Source: an uncultured delta proteobacterium
GTDB lineage: Bacteria > Desulfobacterota > Desulfobacteria > Desulfobacterales > JAFDCJ01
Direction: 5' to 3'
DNA length: 64,000 nucleotides
Assembly (NCBI GenBank): GCA_963769935.1
Contig: CAVYNY010000019.1
Span: 79,147 to 143,146, forward strand
Position numbers and translations under genes: made by a program. The notes beneath the pieces were generated by a model. That model was not told the DNA's origin. It did no database searches and worked only from the letters and a program-made list of their open reading frames with translations. Below are positions 11,522-20,497 of the stretch, piece after piece (the stretch's first letter is position 1; each line of letters begins with the position of its first letter).

Positions 11522-12262
11522 CTAGCTTGCGACAAGGCTGTCGATATCGATTCTGCCGAGCACTTCGGTACTTATCCCGGGCCGGGCGGCAAAGAATTTT
11601 TTAAACCCGTAGGATTTGAGAATGGCGATGAGTTTTTCAGTGTACTCGTTGAACGGAAAGCAGTACAGATCAGGTCGCAAAGCCAGGTTGTCCTCCATCC
11701 ACCTCAGGCACAGCTCGGTATCATATTTAATGTAGTCTTCCCATTGCGCTTCCGTCCTGCGGGTCAGGACCTCATCTTTAAAATAATAGCCCTGAAATAC
11801 CAGCTTGGAGCGGATGCTCAGGTTGCGGGCCGATATTTCAGGCCGATTTTTAAAGCGCGCCAGTTTCCATGGACTGAGCGGCTTGCGCCGGCGGGCATGA
11901 GTTGCGGTTAAGATCACGTCATGAAAATGACTGTGAACGCCGATTCTCACATTCGGCCGGGCGCATAATGCCTGAATTTCGTCCACCGTCATGAAATGAT
12001 CATAGCGGCCTTCGATAAATGTCCGGTAGGCATACTTTTTGGTTTTTAGATGGGCGATGTATTCGCCGTCAAACATGGGCCGGGCCTTGCCGGGCTTAAC
12101 AAAAGAGGTGGTGATAAAGAAGGTTAATTCAGCGGGATGTTTTTTCAGCAGAGGCAGATAATAATACTGTGAAAAAAGACCGTCATCAAAAGTCAGGCGG
12201 TACCGGTCAAGTCTTAAATCGAAATATTCTTTACGGATATCATGGATCATCAGGTATTGCAT
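11522..12262 (-). CDS. polysaccharide deacetylase family protein
   Basis: LTFDDG, IGVHSHFH, YCFPFN motifs. Confidence 0.8.
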   Translation of the reverse strand: MQYLMIHDIRKEYFDLRLDRYRLTFDDGLFSQYYYLPLLKKHPAELTFFITTSFVKPGKARPMFDGEYIAHLKTKKYAYRTFIEGRYDHFMTVDEIQALCARPNVRIGVHSHFHDVILTATHARRRKPLSPWKLARFKNRPEISARNLSIRSKLVFQGYYFKDEVLTRRTEAQWEDYIKYDTELCLRWMEDNLALRPDLYCFPFNEYTEKLIAILKSYGFKKFFAARPGISTEVLGRIDIDSLVAS

Positions 12263-12340
12263 GCGAATTCCGCTTTGTCAGGTTTGGATCATGAGGATTA
12301 ACTGGTAATATGACAGTTGCCTGCTAATTCGAAATTAATA

Positions 12341-12655
12341 AAATTCCAAGCACCAAATACCAAAACTCAAACAAATCCCAATAACCAAAATTCAAAATTC
12401 CAAACTTATAATCCTTACTATAGCTTTTCTCAAGCGCATCGTCAGCGGCAGACCAGGGTCTATAAACGATGCGTATCAACTATGGAAAATGTTTTGGTCA
12501 TTGAATATTTGAATTTGGGATTTACCTGCCCTGTTAAATTGCCCTGCAGAATTTGTGTGACAGGTCGAAAATATGATCTTCATAACTAACACCTTTACGG
12601 ATTTGTCGAATTATTTAACAGGGTAAATAATTTGGTGCTTGAGATTTCAGATTTC
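12341..12655. repeat. two-armed AT-rich heptamer repeat element with a nested ~100-bp IR-bounded insert
   Basis: Arm 12341-12405 matches the reverse complement of 14797-14861; arm from 12491 matches 55539-55605; insert bounded by CCCTGTTAAAT / ATTTAACAGGG. Confidence 0.7.
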
Positions 12656-12714
12656 TTATTTAACCTTGTTAATGCAAGTGAATCAGAACTATTTTTTGAT
12701 GTTATCTGACCTCA

Positions 12715-13344
12715 TTAAGCATCGGGAATAAGGTCAAGTGCATTTACTTCTCCTATCCGGAGCCTGCAGCGGCGGTGAATCAGCCAGTGAAGCTGATAGG
12801 ATTCAAGAATCGGGGGCTCGCCGGGCAGAAACTTGCGGCCGCACAAATGATAAATTAGGCTTTTAACCACCCCTTCATGAGTAACCACCAAAAGAGTTTG
12901 GCCGGGATACCGTTCGGCCGCTTCCTGCAATGCCATTTGGCTTCTCTGCAAGACACGGCGACGGGATTCTCCCCCGGGTGGACAAAAATCCCAGCCGGCA
13001 TTTACCTGCTTGTCCAATATCCGGGTGGCTTCAGCTTCGATCTCGGGGATGGCCTTTCCCGCCCAATGGCCCCAATCCTGTTCTCTGAGCCGTGAATCGA
13101 CGGTCAGCGGTACCTTCAAATAGGCATTGATTATCTCCGCCGTTGCCACAGCGCGCCCGGTATCACTGGCAAGAAGACGATTCCAGGAGAATGGCTCTAA
13201 AATCCGGCCCCAGCGGGATGCCTGCAGTTCGCCTTCCGGGGTCAACGGAGAGTCGCTGTGCCCCTGGATCTTTCTTTCTCGATTCCAAACGGTTTGCGCG
13301 TGGCGGATCAGGCCAAAGCGGGTAATTTTTGCTAAATCCTGCAT
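12715..13344 (-). CDS. histidine phosphatase family protein
   Basis: LIRHAQTVWN, SDTGRA, LREQDWG, GGES, VTHEG motifs. Confidence 0.9.
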   Translation of the reverse strand: MQDLAKITRFGLIRHAQTVWNRERKIQGHSDSPLTPEGELQASRWGRILEPFSWNRLLASDTGRAVATAEIINAYLKVPLTVDSRLREQDWGHWAGKAIPEIEAEATRILDKQVNAGWDFCPPGGESRRRVLQRSQMALQEAAERYPGQTLLVVTHEGVVKSLIYHLCGRKFLPGEPPILESYQLHWLIHRRCRLRIGEVNALDLIPDA

Positions 13345-13409
13345 ACAGCTTTACTTTTAAACCGGTGTAGTAACGAAATTATCTTTATTAAAAGTTATAC
13401 ACAGCGTCA

Positions 13410-13506
13410 TAATTAATCCGCCCTGAGATATAGAACCTTCAGGGTTGAATTTTGTGCGTTGACAACTTAAGAAAGTTGTTAAATTCGAGATCCGGCGGAT
13501 TAATTA
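13410..13506. mobile_element. 97-bp inverted-repeat element, copy 2
   Basis: Perfect 22-bp IR 13401-13422 / 13494-13515 (ACAGCGTCATAATTAATCCGCC); internal CCCTGA...TCAGGG. Confidence 0.75.
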
Positions 13507-14642
13507 TGACGCTGTTGCGCGATTGATTTAAGCGATATCTCAAGCTGCTGATAATTTTTATTTAAATCATGAAATTCGCGCACATAGGATTTCGCGGCCA
13601 GCCCCATTTGTTGTCTCAGGTTTTTATCGGTCATCAGGCGCTGAATGGCATCCGTAAAGGAATCCAACGCATACATCGGCACCAGAATGGCGGTTTTACC
13701 GTCCTGCACGGCTTCCGGAACGCCGGCATTGTCAAAGGCCACCACCGGCAGCCCGCAGGATTGCGCCTCCAGATAAACCATGCCTAACGATTCCCGGATG
13801 CCGGGAAATACGAATAGATCGGCCGCACTATAGAAACGATACATTTCCCCGCGCGGTATTTTCCCCACAAAGTGCACCCGGCCCGGCACATGCTCGCCGG
13901 CCAGTTGCGCAAGCTTTCCTCGCGCGCGGCCGTCTCCGGCGATGACCAGACGGAAGTTAAGACCCCGGCGCAGTAGTTCGCCGCAGGCCCGAATCACCCA
14001 GGTGAGCCCTTCGGTTTTGACATCCTGTCTGAACATGGCGGCTGAAAAAATTACCGGTTCATCGGCCGCATGCCATTTTTTCCTCAACTCCCGGCGGGCT
14101 TGGGCATCAAAGGAAAAATCAGCGGGGATGATACCCGGCGCCACATAGGTCACCCGGCTCGCCGGCAAAAGACGCTTGAGGTTGAGCAGATCGACGGATT
14201 TATTGGCGAAAACGTGATCGGCGCAACGCAGGGTATTTTGGTTCAGATAAAACCCGGGTTTGGTAATCCACCGGCGCCTTCTTTTGGTGGAGTAGATGCC
14301 CTGGAATATGACATAGGGGATATTCAATTTGCCGGCAACAGGCGGGCCCAGTAAATCCGGCGCCTTGTAATAGCTGTGATAGGTAAGCCATAAGTCGGCG
14401 ACCTGGGCGGAAAGCTTGCGGACCACCCGCCTTCTTTCCCGGAACAATCCCGGCCAGAGCCAGGGCCTCCAGTAGATCCAGCGACACCGTAAATTGCTGA
14501 TCGGAAAAACCTGGTGGCCGCGTTGCGCCAGAAAATCGAAGATCCCGGTGGCCGTAACAAGATCGCCGGAAGGATGCGGATGGCCCAGGGGTTTGAATGG
14601 TGCATAGAAGCATATTCGCAAAGAGCAAGGCGTCGTGCGCAT
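13500..14642 (-). CDS. glycosyltransferase family 4
   Basis: FYAPFKPLGHPHPSGD, HSYYKAPD, ESLGMVYLEAQSCGLPVV (EX7E); exact start uncertain. Confidence 0.9.
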   Translation of the reverse strand: MRTTPCSLRICFYAPFKPLGHPHPSGDLVTATGIFDFLAQRGHQVFPISNLRCRWIYWRPWLWPGLFRERRRVVRKLSAQVADLWLTYHSYYKAPDLLGPPVAGKLNIPYVIFQGIYSTKRRRRWITKPGFYLNQNTLRCADHVFANKSVDLLNLKRLLPASRVTYVAPGIIPADFSFDAQARRELRKKWHAADEPVIFSAAMFRQDVKTEGLTWVIRACGELLRRGLNFRLVIAGDGRARGKLAQLAGEHVPGRVHFVGKIPRGEMYRFYSAADLFVFPGIRESLGMVYLEAQSCGLPVVAFDNAGVPEAVQDGKTAILVPMYALDSFTDAIQRLMTDKNLRQQMGLAAKSYVREFHDLNKNYQQLEISLKSIAQQRHN

Positions 14643-14685
14643 AGAGCATAGGGTAGAGGACATGGCAAACATCAAATACTTCGCA

Positions 14686-14915
14686 AATCAATATTCAATG
14701 ACCATAACAAAACATAAATCACCGTAAACTCCCATCGTTTTGCACAGGATGGTCTAATTGAAATGATGTCTTTGGAAAATTGAAGAAGACGCATTTGTTT
14801 GGAATTTTGAATTTAGGTAATTGAGTTTTGTTTGGGATTTGGTTTTTGGTATTTGGAATTTTCACCAATTTCATTTTTCGAATTTTGCATTCCGAATTCC
14901 CCATTCCGAATTCTC
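14686..14915. repeat. two-armed heptamer element followed by a TTCCGAA/TTCCGCA heptamer tract
   Basis: Partial arm CAATATTCAATGACCATAAC and full arm GTTTGGAATTTTGAATTT...GGAATTT. Confidence 0.65.
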
Positions 14916-14929
14916 GTACGCCCTCGGCC

Positions 14930-16174
14930 CTATATCTCCTTTTTGTACACTTCGGCGAGATCCTGCACCAGCCGGCGATTGTCGAAATCCCTTACAACCC
15001 GCTGTCGGCCGGCCGCCGAGACCTGGTTTCTCAATTGCGCATCGGTCAGCATGCGCAGCATGGCCCCGGCCAGTTTATCCGGATCGCCGGGCGGCACCAG
15101 CACACCGGTTTTTCCATTTTCCACCAGTTCGGGAATCCCCGAAATATTGGTCGCAACCACCGGCACGCCCATGGCCATGCTCTCCACCAGGACGTTGGGA
15201 ATGCCGTCGCGGTCTCCATCCGGAGCGACTTCACAGCCAAGCACGAAGAGATCGGCATTTTTGTATTGCTCTAGAACGACATCATGGGGGCGGGTTCCCA
15301 GCAGCTGTGTCACAGAGGTCAGTCCCAGTTCTCTGATAAGCGACAGGATTTTTTCGCGCTCTTCACCACCGCCGATATGGGTGTGTAAAAATGCAACCTG
15401 CTGATCGCGTAAAATTTTAAGTGCTTTGTAAATTGTGGGCAGGCCCTTTTTGGCCGATAGACGGGCAATGGTCAGAATCCGGTAGGGCTGCACGGGATTG
15501 CTCACAATTTCACTTCCCCGCGAAAAAAGCTCGATATCAATGCCATGATAGATGCAATGAATCGGGGTTTTATGACCGTCGGCCAGCTCAAGCAGGTGTC
15601 GCCGGTTGTATTCGGTGCAGGTAACGACAAACCGGGCCAACCCGATTTTTTCTCGCAGCTGCCCGGGATCGGATGTATAGATATCTTTGGCATGGGCGGT
15701 AAAACTAAACGGCAATCCACTCAGCTGACCGGTGAACATGGCCACCGATGTGGGTGAATGGGCAAAATGGGCATGCAGATGGGTCACGCGGCTGGCCTCC
15801 AGCAACCGATGCACCAGATAGCCTGCCTGCAGCAGATGCTTGATGGTAGCCGACTTGCGCGTTCGCAGGAACCTGCGATAGGCCGTTTTCAGTGCCGCGC
15901 CGTAAACCTTAGGTTTTTTGGCAGCCAGACGGCAATTATGGTAAACCAGCCGCGGCAGCGGCTTTATTAAGGTTTCGGGCAGGTAGTCGACCGGAGCCTT
16001 GATTTTTTTGACGCTGTCATGGGTAAAGTTTTCCCGCGGCTGGCGCATTGAAAACAGGTGAATGGCAAAACCGAGTTTTTCAAGCAGACGGATTTCGTTG
16101 GAGATAAAGGTTTCGGAAATGCGGGGGTACCCTTTCAGGATCATCCCCAGAACCGGTGGGTTGAATGTGCTCAT
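14930..16174 (-). CDS. glycosyltransferase family 4 (WcaL-like)
   Basis: LKGYPRISETFI, HAHFAHSP, FTAHAKDIY, DRDGIPNVLVESMAMG; ATGA overlap with the upstream gene. Confidence 0.9.
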   Translation of the reverse strand: MSTFNPPVLGMILKGYPRISETFISNEIRLLEKLGFAIHLFSMRQPRENFTHDSVKKIKAPVDYLPETLIKPLPRLVYHNCRLAAKKPKVYGAALKTAYRRFLRTRKSATIKHLLQAGYLVHRLLEASRVTHLHAHFAHSPTSVAMFTGQLSGLPFSFTAHAKDIYTSDPGQLREKIGLARFVVTCTEYNRRHLLELADGHKTPIHCIYHGIDIELFSRGSEIVSNPVQPYRILTIARLSAKKGLPTIYKALKILRDQQVAFLHTHIGGGEEREKILSLIRELGLTSVTQLLGTRPHDVVLEQYKNADLFVLGCEVAPDGDRDGIPNVLVESMAMGVPVVATNISGIPELVENGKTGVLVPPGDPDKLAGAMLRMLTDAQLRNQVSAAGRQRVVRDFDNRRLVQDLAEVYKKEI

Positions 16175-17373
16175 AATTTTTTGCACCTGAATTCAAGCAG
16201 GCGCTTTTGCATGGTTTCGATACCGGTCAACTGGAACCGGGAAATGGCTGCTCGATAGGGTTCCGGGTTTTGCAGGAGGGCGGCAACCTTTTTGCTCAAA
16301 AGTTCGGGGGTGAAGTCATCCCACGGGATGTAATCGACCAGATTTTGTCGGTTAAAGGCCCGGGCGCGAATGATCTGCTCCTTGCGTGGGTGTTTCCCGC
16401 GGGATGACCAGGCTGACGGTTCCCTGGCCGAGGATTTCACAAAGTGTATTGTAGCCTCCCATGCTGACGACGAGATCGGCGGCCGCAAAGATTTTCTCCA
16501 TTTGCCGATAAAAATGGATATGTTCGCACGCCCAATTTTCTGGCCCGCTTGAAAACATCCCGTCTTTCCTGCTTGGGCATGAAGGGGCCTGTTATCAGGA
16601 CGCTTTTAAATGACGGGGAGCCGCCATAGGACTCCAGCGCCGTCAGATACGTATCCATGACTCTGTAGCCGTCGCCGCCGCCGCCGGTAGTGACCACCAC
16701 CAATTTCTGATCATTTTTCAGCCCGATTTCTTTTTTGAAATGCCGCACCGTCTCTTTGCTGGGGATTTTACGGGGAATATAGCCGGTAAAATACATTTTC
16801 CGGCTGATGGATTCCGAGATATTATATTCTGTGATCGGGATCATAAAATTCCCGGATCCCGTAGATCCAAATCTCGCTGTAAAGGTTTTCCAGGTGCTGG
16901 TAGACTCTTTTATCCTTCCAGTCTTTCTTGACCGTTTCAGCGTCGTCCATAATATCCCGCAGGCCGAGAATGGATCGGGTGTCGGGCCGGCAGCGCCGCA
17001 GCCACTGTAAGGTCGGCAAGACCTCCCTTTTCAGGCCAAGCGGTTCTTTATCGACAATAAAGAGGTGGGGTTGAAAGGTTTTGGCCGTGGCGGTGATTAT
17101 ATTTTTGCGGATGTCCAGGGCATGCTGGACGTTGATCTTGATGGAAAGCGGCAGATACTCATCGTTGGTCTTTTTGATAATGCCCGGAATCCGGACAAAA
17201 TCGATTTGCTCCGGAAAAGAAAATCGACCGACGATGGGCGAACCGGTCAGGATTAAAATATTGATGCGGGGTCCCAGCAGATGCGATGCAATCGCCATGG
17301 TCCTTCGAATGTGTCCAAGACCGTAAGTGTCGTGCGAATACATCAGAATGTTATAGGTGGAGTTGCGCGCCAT
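16171..17373 (-). CDS. COG4671-type glycosyltransferase (several frameshifts)
   Basis: MYSHDTYGLGHIRR, DKEPLG, LGLRDIMD, TTGGGGDG, SMGGYNT, EQIIRA spread over ORFs 16822..17382, 16437..16844, 16352..16558, 16171..16488. Confidence 0.8.
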
Positions 17374-17647
17374 TCGCCTCACAGATCAACTGGATGCCGG
17401 AATTGTAGTCTGACTAATATTGTGTTTTCGGTGAATTTTCAAAGCAAATTTTTAACGTACACTCCTATATCACATCAAACAAATCGCATCAAACATTCCT
17501 GTAAAAATATCATCAGATTCTTTTCTTTGGGTTGCTATTTTGTTATAGAGAGGAGTCTATCTTTTTGTCCAGAGGGTATAATTAACCATATTCAACCGGA
17601 ACTAAAACCGAATAAACATGTAATATACCCCTGGCAGGGAAAACAGA

Positions 17648-18847
17648 ATGAAAATTGATACCCAACGCTTCATCGATCGGTATGTCGGCGCTTTCATCTG
17701 CAGGATTTTTTCACTGTATTACCGGTTCGTCAAAAAAGATGTCGCTGCCGCCGCGCCCCGCAAAATACTCATTATCCTGTTGTCGGAGATGGGGGCCCTG
17801 GTCCTGGCCTATCCCATGTTTCAACGATTGAAAGAGAAATATCCCCAGGCCGAGCTGCACGTGATGCTGTTTGAAAAAAACCGCGAAGTGGTTGAATTGC
17901 TGGGAATTGTTCCTTCGGAAAATATTTTGACGATCGACAATGATTCCATGCAGTCATTGACCCGGGACATGCTGAAGACGATCGCCGACATGCGGAAGAT
18001 CAAACCCGACACCGTCATCGACTGTGAGCTGTTTTCAAGAATCAGCAGCATCCTGTCATATATCAGCGGCGCCGCCGTCCGAGTAGGATTTCATCCCCAC
18101 ACCCAGGAAGGTCTTTACCGCGGTAATTTTATGAACAGACCCGTGCTGTACAATCCCTATCATCATATTGGCCGGCAGTTTTTAACCCTGGTCGAAGCCA
18201 TCGATTCGTCGACCCGCCCGAAAGCCAAACGTGAAATACCGGATGAAAAACTGGAGGTTCCTGCCATTCAGGTCGAACCGCATGAGATTGAAAATGCCAA
18301 GCAACTTCTGTTCGATAGGGCGCCGGAAATCGAAGGAAAAAAAATCGTGCTCATCTATCCCGGCGGTGGTCTGCTGCCGATTCGGGCCTGGCCCCTTGGC
18401 AATTATTGCCGTCTGTCTGAAGAATTGCTTTACCGGGGGTATGCGGTGGGCGTGATCGGCCTGGCAGAGGATAAAAAGATCGCCGCGGAAATCCTGTCCC
18501 ACAACCGGAATCCAAGTTGCGTGGATTTGACCGGCTACACCAAAACCATCCGGGAGCTGATGTTGATATTTCACTTTTCTTCGCTGCTGATCACCAATGA
18601 CGGCGGTCCCGGCCATTTTGCCGCCATGACGCCGATTCCGGCAATTATTTTTTATGGTCCGGAAACTCCGACCCTGTACGGTACCATTGACGATAGTGCT
18701 GTGAACCTTTTTGTGGGCCTGTCATGCTCGCCATGCGTCACCGCCTATAATCACCGCAATTCTCCCTGCGACGGCGACAATATGTGTTTGAAAAAAATTG
18801 ACCCGGACCAGGTATTATCAAGGGCGCTTGAAATATTGGAATCTTAA
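17648..18847 (+). CDS. glycosyltransferase family 9 (heptosyltransferase-like)
   Basis: LSEMGALVL, RAWP, DLTG, ITNDGGPGHFA, FYGPETP, CSPC motifs. Confidence 0.85.
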   Translation: MKIDTQRFIDRYVGAFICRIFSLYYRFVKKDVAAAAPRKILIILLSEMGALVLAYPMFQRLKEKYPQAELHVMLFEKNREVVELLGIVPSENILTIDNDSMQSLTRDMLKTIADMRKIKPDTVIDCELFSRISSILSYISGAAVRVGFHPHTQEGLYRGNFMNRPVLYNPYHHIGRQFLTLVEAIDSSTRPKAKREIPDEKLEVPAIQVEPHEIENAKQLLFDRAPEIEGKKIVLIYPGGGLLPIRAWPLGNYCRLSEELLYRGYAVGVIGLAEDKKIAAEILSHNRNPSCVDLTGYTKTIRELMLIFHFSSLLITNDGGPGHFAAMTPIPAIIFYGPETPTLYGTIDDSAVNLFVGLSCSPCVTAYNHRNSPCDGDNMCLKKIDPDQVLSRALEILES

Positions 18848-20441
18848 TCAAACGTATAAATGCAATCCAGCACCCAAAAAATATCACCGGCAAAATATCA
18901 GAACGCTGTTCTGGATATTTTTAACCTGTATCACCGCCTTTCGTCTTTTGTTGATTGATAAATTCGGACTGGGTGTTGATGAATCCCATTATCTGCTGTA
19001 TTCCCGCCACCTGGCCTGGGGCTATTTCGATCATCCGCCCATGGTGGGCTTTCTGGCGGCGTTGACCGGTCTGCTGGGAGACAGCGTGTTCTTTGTAAGG
19101 CTGGGACCTGTCCTGTGCTCGGTCATCGGTTTGATCCTGCTGAGATACCTGGCGCTGGCCCTTTACCGGGATGAACGGGTAGCCTTCTGGGCCGTGGTTT
19201 TATTACACCTAATGCCCTACCAGCAGCTTCTGCTGGTGGGCCTGCTGCCGGATGCGGTGCTGAATATTTTCTGGTGCGCTACGCTGCTGGCCGTATGGCG
19301 TGCCATGCATACCGGCAAATGGTCGATGTGGCTCCTGGCCGGCCTTTTATTCGGCGGAGCGCTTCTCAGCAAATATCACGCGGTGTTGCTGGCTCTGTGC
19401 CTGCTGGGCTACCTCGTCACCTCACCCGGGCATCGTTTCTGGCTCAAAAAGATTCAACCCTATGCCGCGGCCGTTATCGGCCTGGCGGTCTTTGGGCCGA
19501 ATATAATCTGGAATGCCCGTCATGGCTGGATTTCCTATGCCTATCAATTAGGGCATGGTGCCGGTGACGGGGTTGATCCCGTTAAATTTTTACTTGGCCT
19601 TGCCGGGCAGGCCGGTGCCTGGTCACCGGTCATCTTCGGGCTGCTGATCGCTGTGTTTATTGTGCTTGTCCGTCAAAAAAAAATCAGCGATGCCGACCGC
19701 TTCGCAGTCTGGACCAGCATCCCGATTTTTGTTTTTTTCGGCCTGGCCGGTCTGACCACCACCATTCTGCCGCACTGGACATCGGCGGGGTGGTGGACCG
19801 GCTCGATTGCGGTGGCCGCCGTGATTTCGCAAAAAATATCACTGGCGAACCTTTCCGCCCGCCGCTGGCGGCGCTGGTCGGTGGCAGCCGCACTGACAGG
19901 ATTCATCATGACCACCTGCCTATACCTGGCGCTGTTTCTGCCCATAACCGCTCCGGTCTATACATGGGCCCGCGATGTTTCATTGAACCTGCATCGCATG
20001 CTCCCGGCGCTAAAGCCTCTGAAGCCCTATGAAACCGGCTTTGACCCCGGTAATCAACTCTACGGCTGGCGGGACATTGCCAGCCAGGTGGAAAACATCC
20101 GGGCGCGGATGCCGCACCCGGAGACCACCTTTGTTTTCTGCCATCGTTTTTACACAACCAGCCAGCTGGCCGTCTATCTTCATCCGGATACCGCCGCCAC
20201 CGCCCTTTTCCACCGGTACAGCCAGTATCGCCTCTGGTTTGTTGCTGAAGCATATTCCGGCTGGGACGCCCTGTTCGTGGTGGACCGCAAGCGGCATCAG
20301 GAGCGCGCCCGGCGCTATATGCCCCTGTTCGAGAGGATGGACCCGCAGCCGGAGGAAATTGAAGTTTATCGCAACGGTCGACCGGCGCATGTGCTGGAGG
20401 TTTACAAATACTATGGATTTAAGGGTAAGTATGAAGAGTAA
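18798..20441 (+). CDS. ArnT/PMT_2-like GT-C glycosyltransferase (GT39/83)
   Basis: DESHY...LAWGYFDHPPMV, LPD, LSKY motifs; multi-TM; true start probably about 18860. Confidence 0.85.
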   Translation: MTRTRYYQGRLKYWNLNQTYKCNPAPKKYHRQNIRTLFWIFLTCITAFRLLLIDKFGLGVDESHYLLYSRHLAWGYFDHPPMVGFLAALTGLLGDSVFFVRLGPVLCSVIGLILLRYLALALYRDERVAFWAVVLLHLMPYQQLLLVGLLPDAVLNIFWCATLLAVWRAMHTGKWSMWLLAGLLFGGALLSKYHAVLLALCLLGYLVTSPGHRFWLKKIQPYAAAVIGLAVFGPNIIWNARHGWISYAYQLGHGAGDGVDPVKFLLGLAGQAGAWSPVIFGLLIAVFIVLVRQKKISDADRFAVWTSIPIFVFFGLAGLTTTILPHWTSAGWWTGSIAVAAVISQKISLANLSARRWRRWSVAAALTGFIMTTCLYLALFLPITAPVYTWARDVSLNLHRMLPALKPLKPYETGFDPGNQLYGWRDIASQVENIRARMPHPETTFVFCHRFYTTSQLAVYLHPDTAATALFHRYSQYRLWFVAEAYSGWDALFVVDRKRHQERARRYMPLFERMDPQPEEIEVYRNGRPAHVLEVYKYYGFKGKYEE

Positions 20442-20453
20442 GAGCAACACAGA

Positions 20454-20493
20454 ATGAACATCGAATCACGCCAAGGCGTGAATCGATGTTCAT
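20454..20493. terminator. 19-bp stem-loop between convergent genes, possible bidirectional terminator
   Basis: ATGAACATCGAATCACGCC-AA-GGCGTGAATCGATGTTCAT (one mismatch). Confidence 0.5.
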
Positions 20494-20497
20494 CTTT

